Shown here piece after piece: positions 8,536-14,722 of a stretch of DNA of 14,722 nucleotides. How positions within the stretch are numbered: the first letter of the stretch is position 1; each line of letters begins with the position of its first letter. The stretch is from positions 1-14,722 of the forward strand of contig NW_021825692.1 in NCBI RefSeq assembly GCF_006345805.1, read 5' to 3'. Below the pieces are notes generated by a model. That model saw only the letters and a program-made list of their open reading frames with translations. It was not told where the DNA came from and ran no database searches. A program made the translations under genes and the position numbers. This DNA is from Octopus sinensis (lineage: Eukaryota).

Positions 8536-8914
8536 AGGAGTGGCTGTGTGGTAAGTAGCTTGCTAACCAACCACATGGTTTCGGGTTCAGTCCCACTGCG
8601 TGGCATCTTGGGCAAGTGTCTTCTGCTATAGCCTCGGGCCGTGAGTGGATTTGGTAGACGGAAACTGAAAGAAGCCTGTCGTATATATGTATATATATGT
8701 ATATGCATGTGTGTGTGTGTCTGTGTTTGTCCCCCTAGCATTGCTTGACAACCGATGCTGGTGTGTTTACGACCCCGTAACTTAGCGGTTCGGCAAAAGA
8801 GACCGATAGAATAGTACTGGGCTTCAAAAGAATAAGTCCCGGGGTCGAGTTGCTCGATTAAAGGCGGTGCTCCAGTATGGCCACAGTCAAATGACTGAAA
8901 CAAGTAAAAGAGTA
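8536..8914 (+). mobile_element. SINE family A, near full length, between TA runs
   Basis: AGGAGTGGCTGTGTGG head, short deletion after CTCGGGCC, short internal microsatellite, tail ending CAAGTAAAAGAGTA, with (TA)n on both sides. Confidence 0.95.
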
Positions 8915-9014
8915 ATATATATATATATATATATATAGTTGAACTTTGCAGAATAACAAAAGAGGAAGACAGGTGTATGAACAACAAAGTGTATTAGTTT
9001 GACTCTCGGGAAAG

Positions 9015-9100
9015 TGGGGGTCGATTCGTTCCACTAAAACCGTTTTAGGAGGTGCCCCAGAATGGCTACAGTCGAATGACTGAAACAAGTAAAAAAATAA
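9015..9100 (+). mobile_element. SINE family A-type extreme 3' fragment
   Basis: GGGGTCGATTCGTTCCACTAAAA...GGAGGTGCCCCAGAATGGCTACAGTCGAATGACTGAAACAAGTAAAA matches the A tail. Confidence 0.8.
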
Positions 9101-9503
9101 ACGATAAATGGTGAGCTATAGCGTCGTTAGGCACAAGTTTTCAGCAGAAGTAAAACGCCGGTTCATTGATTTTCTAAAGGTGACAGCGTCAATGGAGTGT
9201 TTTGTAACTTGGAGTAGAATAAACATCCACTTCAAAGAAAAACAAACTATACACTTCCTCAATCCACAACAGACATAAAAAGACGTCTCATTTTGTCATG
9301 TCGGTATAGCAAGGGTTTAGACTATCGCAATAATTAAAAACAAACAACGACTTCCACCTGTCACGGTCTGATTAAATCTATTAATTACGCATCAATCATA
9401 ATTACTTTCGCATCTCTGCTTTGTATTAAGCCTCGTTGGTAGTTCGCAATATTACGTAGGTTACGTTTCGAAGGCAAAGAATGACCACATAAAATATTCA
9501 CTG

Positions 9504-9561
9504 TGCGTGCGTGCGTGCGTGTGTGTGTGTGTGTGTGTGTTGTGTGTGTGTGTGTGTGTGA

Positions 9562-9592
<31 letters not shown>

Positions 9593-9744
9593 TGAGTGAG
9601 TGTGTGTGTGTGTGTGTGAGTGTGTGGTGTGTGTGTGTGTGTGTGTGAGTGAGTGAGTGAGTGTGTGTGTGTGTGTGTGAGTGTGTGTGTGTGTTGTGTG
9701 AGTGTGTGTGTGTGTGTGAGAGTGAGTGAGTGTGTGTGTGTGTG
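9504..9744. repeat. Compound (TGCG)/(TG)/(GTGA)n microsatellite
   Basis: Direct reading. Confidence 0.95.
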
Positions 9745-9756
9745 ATCTTCTGCTAG

Positions 9757-9920
9757 TGTTGTGTTTGCCGCCCACCACCAACACCGCTTGACAACCGGTG
9801 TTGGTTTGTTTACATTCGGAAAAAAAGAAATCGATTGAATAAAAAATTGGGGGCGATTTGTTCGACTGAATCCATCACAGCGGTGTCCCAGCACCAATGA
9901 CGAAAGCAAGTAACAAAAAA
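9757..9920 (+). mobile_element. SINE family A, degraded 3' half
   Basis: TGTGTTTG..CCACCACC..CCGCTTGACAACCGGTGTTGGTTTGTTTAC...GGGGCGATTTGTTCGACT...GCGGTGTCCCAGCA with several deletions. It follows a microsatellite. Confidence 0.8.
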
Positions 9921-10016
9921 ATAGTAAATATTTTATTCACTGGCGTCGATTGTAATATGCATGTGTACATTTACATATAACGTTTAACAGTTAGAAGTCT
10001 TCTATTATTCAACATA

Positions 10017-10417
10017 GGCGTGGGAGTGGCTGTGTGGTAAGTAGCTTGCTTACCAACCACATGGTTTCGGGTTCAGTCCCACTGCGTGACACCTTGGGCA
10101 AGCGTCTTCTACTATAGCCTCGGGCCGATTAAAGCCTTGTGAGTGGATTTGGTAGACGGAAACTGAAAGAAGCCCGTCGTATATATGTATATATATATAT
10201 GTATGTGTGTATATGTTTGTGTGTCTGTGTTTGTCCACCACCACTCCGACAACATCGCTTGACAACCGATGCTGGTGTGTTTACGTTCCTGTAACTTAGC
10301 GGTTCGGCAAAAGAGACCGATAGGCTTACAAAGAATAAGTCCTGAGGTCGATTTGCTCGACTAAAGGCGGTGCTCCAGCATGGCCGCAGTCAAATGACTG
10401 AAACAAGTAAAGAGAGT
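10017..10417 (+). mobile_element. SINE family A, full length
   Basis: GGCGTGGGAGTGGCTGTGTGG head through GACTGAAACAAGTAAAGAGAGT. Confidence 0.95.
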
Positions 10418-10502
10418 AATTTGAACTCAGGTCGTAAAGACGAACGAAATGCCGCTAAGCATTTTACCCCGCGTGCTAACGACTCTGCCAGCACGCCGCC
10501 TT
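10418..10502 (-). mobile_element. SINE family B head fragment
   Basis: Reverse complement reads AAGGCGGCGTGCTGGCAGAGTCGTTAGCACG...CTGAGTTCAAATT. Confidence 0.9.
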
Positions 10503-10528
10503 TTTCACCATAATATATTAAGGTGAAT

Positions 10529-11183
10529 AAGGCGGCCAGCTGGCAGACACGTTAGCACGCCGGGCGAAATGCTTAGCCGTACTTCGTCTGCCGTTACGTT
10601 GTGAGTTCAAATTCCGCCGAGGTCGACTTTGCCTTTCATCCTTTCGGGGTCGATAAATTAAGTACCAGTTACGCACTGGGGTCGATGTAATCGACTTAAT
10701 ACCTATGTCTGTCCTTGTTTGTCCCCTCTGTGTTTAGCCCCTTGTGGGTAATAAAAAATAGGTATTTCGTCTGCCGTTACGTTGTGAGTTCAAATTCCGC
10801 CGAGGTCGACTTTGCCTTTCATCTTTCGGGGTCGATAAATAAGTACCAGTACGCACTGGGGTCGTGTAATCGACTTAATAGCTATGTCTGTCCTTGTTTG
10901 TCCCCTCTGTGTTTAGCCCCTTGTGGGTAGTAAAGAAATAGGTATTTCGTTCTGAGTTCAAATTCCGCCGAGGTCGACTTTGCCTTTCATCCTTTCGGGG
11001 TCGATAAATTAAGTACCAGTTACGCACTGAGGTCGATGTAATCGACTTAATACCTATGTCTGTCCTTGTTTGTCCCCTCTGTGTTTAGCCCCTTGTGGGT
11101 AGTAAAGAAATAGGTATTTCGTTCTTTTCAAATTTCACCGAGGTTGACTTTGCCTTTCATCCTTTCGGGGTCGATTAAATAAG
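10529..11183 (+). mobile_element. SINE family B tandem tetramer (one full unit, two head-less units, one partial unit)
   Basis: The GTA(C/T)TTCGT junction motif recurs at 10579, 10762, 10942 and 11114 (periods 183, 180 and 172 bp). Confidence 0.95.
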
Positions 11184-11287
11184 TGGACTGGAGTAACTTG
11201 AAAATAAAAAAAATCTTGCTCAGGGACGAAATGCGCCACCGAGAATTGAACAAACGACCTTGCCGATACCTTGACCACTAAGCCACT
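11183..11287 (-). mobile_element. Third tRNA-derived SINE family, 5' fragment
   Basis: Minus strand: AGTGGCTTAGTGGTCAAGG (A-box-like) ... TGTTCAATTCTCGG (B-box-like) ... GTCCCTGAGCAAGA ... TTACTCCAGTCCAC. It interrupts the last B unit. Confidence 0.7.
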
Positions 11288-11924
11288 CGTCTTCACTTAA
11301 TAAATAATTGCCATATTTAATGTTGTTATCAATTTCGGATCATATTACGATGCCTTGGTTCTCTAATTATGAAAACCGATGCCCTCAACACGTCATATAA
11401 CGTGTCGTCTTCTCGGCTTTCTTCTTTGTTTTTTCTTAGGCGTTATGATGTAAAGTTAAGTATGATTTGGTTGCTATTTCTAGCTGGCTGAGAGACCAGG
11501 TAAAGGTTTTGTTTTTTTTGTTTTTGCTGATTTCCATGACAACTGTTTCGACCTACGACATGTTGGTAATGGATATCTGTGATTGGCTAAAATTTCATAA
11601 CCTCAAATCCTTATAACTTTATTATCAATTTCTAGGAAAATGAATAAATAAATAAATAAATGCAGGTTTTGTCATTAGCATGGATGACTAGATAAGAACT
11701 ACATTAAAAAAAAAAAAACTGATCTGGTGAAAATTAAAAAAGCTTCGAGTGGCTGGAAAAAATTAAACAAGATTCAGAATGAGACCCGTTAATTTGATAA
11801 CAATAACCGGCTTATGACGCTGTCTGTGATTATAACAAGCGGCTTCTACTGTGCTTTCAGTAAATTACTTCAAAGAATTTAAAATAATAAATGAAATACA
11901 TACATACATACTTACATGTGGTGT

Positions 11925-11935
11925 GTGTGTAAATA

Positions 11936-12031
<96 letters not shown>

Positions 12032-12200
12032 TAATTGTTAAAGAAAACAAACATTAAGGCAAAGCTAACTTCGTAACAATAATTATTATAGAAATATATA
12101 TATATATATATATATATATATCTATATATATATATAATCTGTATATGTATATTATATAGATATGGTATATATATATTATATATATATCGATATATGTATA
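11925..12200. repeat. Two (TA)n-rich tracts (approx. 11925-12035 and 12094-12200)
   Basis: Direct reading. Confidence 0.9.
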
Positions 12201-12233
12201 TGTTGTCTGTATGTAGAATGTATGTATGTATGC

Positions 12234-12376
12234 TCTGAGTTCAAATTCCGCCGAGGTCAACTTTGCCTTTCATCTTTCGGGTCGGTAAATTAAGTACCAG
12301 TTGCATGCTGGGGTCGATCTTATCGACTGGCCCCCTTCCCCAAAATTTCGGGCCTTGTGCCTAAAGTAGAAAAGAT
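12234..12376 (+). mobile_element. SINE family B, 5'-truncated, alternative tail (same type as 6078-6269)
   Basis: TCTGAGTTCAAATTCCGCCGAGG...AAGTACCAG...ATCGACTGGCC...CCTTGTGCCTAAAGTAGAAAAGAT. Confidence 0.9.
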
Positions 12377-12384
12377 GCACACGC

Positions 12385-12419
<35 letters not shown>
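12377..12419. repeat. (CA)n / (CACG)n microsatellite
   Basis: Direct reading. Confidence 0.9.
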
Positions 12420-12421
<2 letters not shown>

Positions 12422-12556
12422 TATAAGTACTAAATCACATTAAAATACAAATCCCAAACCGACGAAAATAAAAACTCGAGCAAAGAAAGGGAGCAAAAAA
12501 GAAAAAAGAAAAAGAGGAAGAAAAAAACTTCAGTTCAACACTAAGTGCTTCATTTT

Positions 12557-12722
12557 GTCGCAAGAGTGACTGTGTGGTAAGTAGCTTGCTTACCAACAAC
12601 ATGGTTCCGGGTTCAGTCCTACTGCGTGGCACCTTGGGCAAGTGTCCTCTACTATAGCCTCGGGCCGACCAAAGCCTTGTGAGTGGATTTGGTAGACGGA
12701 AACTGAAAAGAAGCCCGTCGTA

Positions 12723-12769
<47 letters not shown>

Positions 12770-12985
12770 TTGTGTGTCTGTGTTTGTCCCCCAACATCGC
12801 TTGACAACCCATGCTGGTGTGTTTACGTCCCCATAACTTAGCGGTTCGGCAAAAAGAGATCGATAGAATAAGTAGTAAGCTTACAAAGAATAAGTTCTGG
12901 GGTCGATTTGCTCGACTAAAGGCGGTGCTCCAGCATGGCCGCAGTCAAATGATTGAAACAAGTAAAAGAGTAAAAAAAGAGAGTA
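12557..12985 (+). mobile_element. SINE family A, full length
   Basis: GTCGCAAGAGTGACTGTGTGG head, internal (TA)(TG) tract, tail ending AAGTAAAAGAGTAAAAAAAGAGAGTA. Confidence 0.95.
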
Positions 12986-13699
12986 CACCGCGAAGTTCAA
13001 CGGAACCTACTGAAGCAAGCCGACACAGTCGCGGCATTACTGCGGGTGATGGCGAGGCTAAGGCGTTGGAACAGTCAAGCACTCCTACGGGCATCACTCG
13101 ACACCTTTGTAAAGCGAGCCGCCAACGACGACAGGAACTTTGCTGTCAGCAGCCCAGCCCTTCGAAACGCCTCAAACGTCACAGTGGTTCACCAACAAGT
13201 GCCGATACTTAGGGATTTTGTTCCGTTCGGTTACGGAAGCAGCGACCCTCCCATTTACCTTAGCATACTGGATTTGGGAGGAGCAAAGGAATCACAGACT
13301 GTAGCGTCCCAGAGAACAAAGGGTAAGACTATTTGGTCTCTTCCGAACACTTCTAGATAATCCCTAAAAAGGGCGGGCATTTTGAAGGGTAGCCCGGGCT
13401 TTTTTGGCTTAGAAGACAAAAAGTTCAGAGAGGAAATAAAGGAAGTTGTTCTTTAATCGAGGACCTTGGTCCGAATTCTTGCAAAAGAATGGATCTCGTT
13501 AAAAGCTTCCAAGTACCAGATAGTGGCGCTAAACGGATTGATGGGTCATGTTGGCCACATGAGTAACGCACGTGAGATGAGTCACACATACGAACCGAGT
13601 CATGCACGCGTGATGAATCAGACAGGTGAAACCAATTTTGCTGTTCTTCTGGAGTTGCTAGGCAACAAAGAAAATGTAGCAGACGTAGAAAATTTGTAA
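12986..13699 (+). pseudogene. Decayed, 5'-truncated protein-coding relic of unknown origin (candidate endogenous viral element)
   Basis: ORF-track entries 13046..13360 and 13466..13699 are in the same frame. The frame reads through 238 codons with only two internal TAA stops (13358-13360, 13454-13456) and no frameshift. About 48% GC by manual count over 13021-13680, non-repetitive, with AATAAA at 13733-13738 after the stop. Product not identified. Confidence 0.55.
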
Positions 13700-13746
13700 T
13701 ATATTAGTAAAAATGTTATTTGTGCAAACACAAATAAATAGCAATT

Positions 13747-13842
13747 GGTACCTTGAGTAAGTATTTTCTGTTATAGCCGGACCAAAGCTTTGTGAGTGGA
13801 TTTGGCAGGCGGAAACTGAAAGAAGCTCGTCGTAGATATATA
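13747..13842 (+). mobile_element. SINE family A, degraded internal 5'-half fragment
   Basis: GGTACCTTGAGTAAGT..TATAGCC..GACCAAAGCTTTGTGAGTGGATTTGG..GGAAACTGAAAGAAGCTCGTCG. Confidence 0.85.
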
Positions 13843-13847
13843 CTCGT

Positions 13848-14255
13848 TACTCTCTTTTATTCTTTTACTTGTTTCAGTCATTTGACTGCGGCCATGCTAG
13901 AGCACCGCCTTTAGTCGAGCAAATCTACCCCTGGACTTATTCTTTGTAAGCTTAGTACTTATTCTATCGGTCTCTTTTTGCCGAACCGCTAAGTTACGGG
14001 GACATAAACACACCAGCATCGGTTGTCAAGCGATGTTGGGAGGACAAACACAGACACACAAACACAAACACACACACACACATATATACATATATACGAC
14101 GGGCTTCTTTTCAGTTTCCGTCTACCAAATCCACTCACAAGGCTTTGGTCGGCTCGAGGCTATAGTAGAAGACACTTGCCCAAGGTGCCACGCAGTGGGA
14201 CTGAACCCGGAACCATGTGATTGGTAAGCAAGCTACTTACTACACAGCCACTCCT
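13848..14255 (-). mobile_element. SINE family A, near full length, inverted relative to 12557-12985
   Basis: Reverse complement of the A consensus from AGGAGTGGCTG to AAGTAAAAGAATAAAAGAGAGTA. Confidence 0.95.
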
Positions 14256-14272
14256 ATGTATGTATCTATGTG

Positions 14273-14490
14273 GTAGAAACGTTAGCACGCCGGATGAAAT
14301 GCTTAGCGGTATTTCGTCTGACGTTACGTTGTGAGTTCAAATTCCGCCGAGGTTGACTTTGCCTTTCATTCCTTTTCGGGGTCGATAAATTAAGTACCGG
14401 TTCCGCACTGGGGTCGATGTAATCGACTTAATACCTATGTCTGTCCTTGTTTGTCCCTCTATGTTTAGCCCCTTGTGGGTATAATAAATG
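14273..14490 (+). mobile_element. SINE family B, slightly 5'-truncated monomer with 11-bp TSD
   Basis: B consensus flanked by GTATCTATGTG at 14262-14272 and 14491-14501. Confidence 0.9.
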
Positions 14491-14509
14491 GTATCTATGT
14501 GTGTGTCTT

Positions 14510-14722
14510 GTGTCTGTTTTTGCCCCCACATACCACACACACACACACCACACCACACCACCGCCACCGCTTGACAACCGTGTTGGTGTGTTTACGTCCC
14601 GTAATAAAGCGGTTCGCAAAAGAAACGGATAGAGTAAGTACCAGGCCTTTAAAATAAAAAAAAAGGCCTGGGGTTGCTACCTTCGACTAAAATTTCAAGG
14701 CGGTGCCCCCAGCATATCCGCA
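14510..14722 (+). mobile_element. SINE family A-type 3' half, runs off the window end
   Basis: GTGTCTGTTTTTGCCCC...CCGCTTGACAACCG..TTGGTGTGTTTACGTCCCGTAA..GCGGTTCGCAAAAG...AAGGCGGTGCCCCAGCA. Confidence 0.85.

Noticed and set aside
10529-11183. CRISPR-like or retrozyme interpretation of the tandem array
   Set aside because: Units are whole ~180-bp SINE bodies without unique spacers, the context is eukaryotic, and no hammerhead core was found on either strand.
12811-13212. 133-aa plus-strand ORF overlapping the relic, and minus-strand ORF 13425..13607
   Set aside because: The first half of 12811..13212 is SINE tail and the rest is an alternative frame of the longer relic. The minus ORF is short and does not extend.

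Overview
AT-rich, microsatellite-dense eukaryotic non-coding DNA with no intact protein-coding gene that I can support. The repeat families resemble those I recall from Octopus (coleoid cephalopod) genomes; this is inferred from memory, not from a search. Two tRNA-derived SINE families dominate. Family A has a GGCGTAGGAGTGGCTGTGTGG head, an internal microsatellite and a 3' half ending GACTGAAACAAGTAAAAGAG. Family B has a GGCGGCGAGCTGGCAG head and several alternative tails, and is often found in tandem multimers. Also present are a minus-strand RTE-clade LINE 3' end, a pogo/Tigger-like MITE, a mariner-derived MITE, a third SINE head, a probable Helitron 3' end and a possible hAT end. Almost all ORFs in the supplied track are microsatellite or SINE read-throughs. 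The most notable observations are: (1) a non-repetitive, roughly 48% GC, 238-codon frame at 12986-13699 with only two internal stops and no frameshift, a candidate endogenous viral or other foreign gene relic; (2) this relic lies between two inverted SINE-A copies that share two diagnostic indels; (3) target-site duplications of SINE-B begin with the element's own 3'-end motif (GGTATTT), which also occurs in its head and may explain its tandem arrays.
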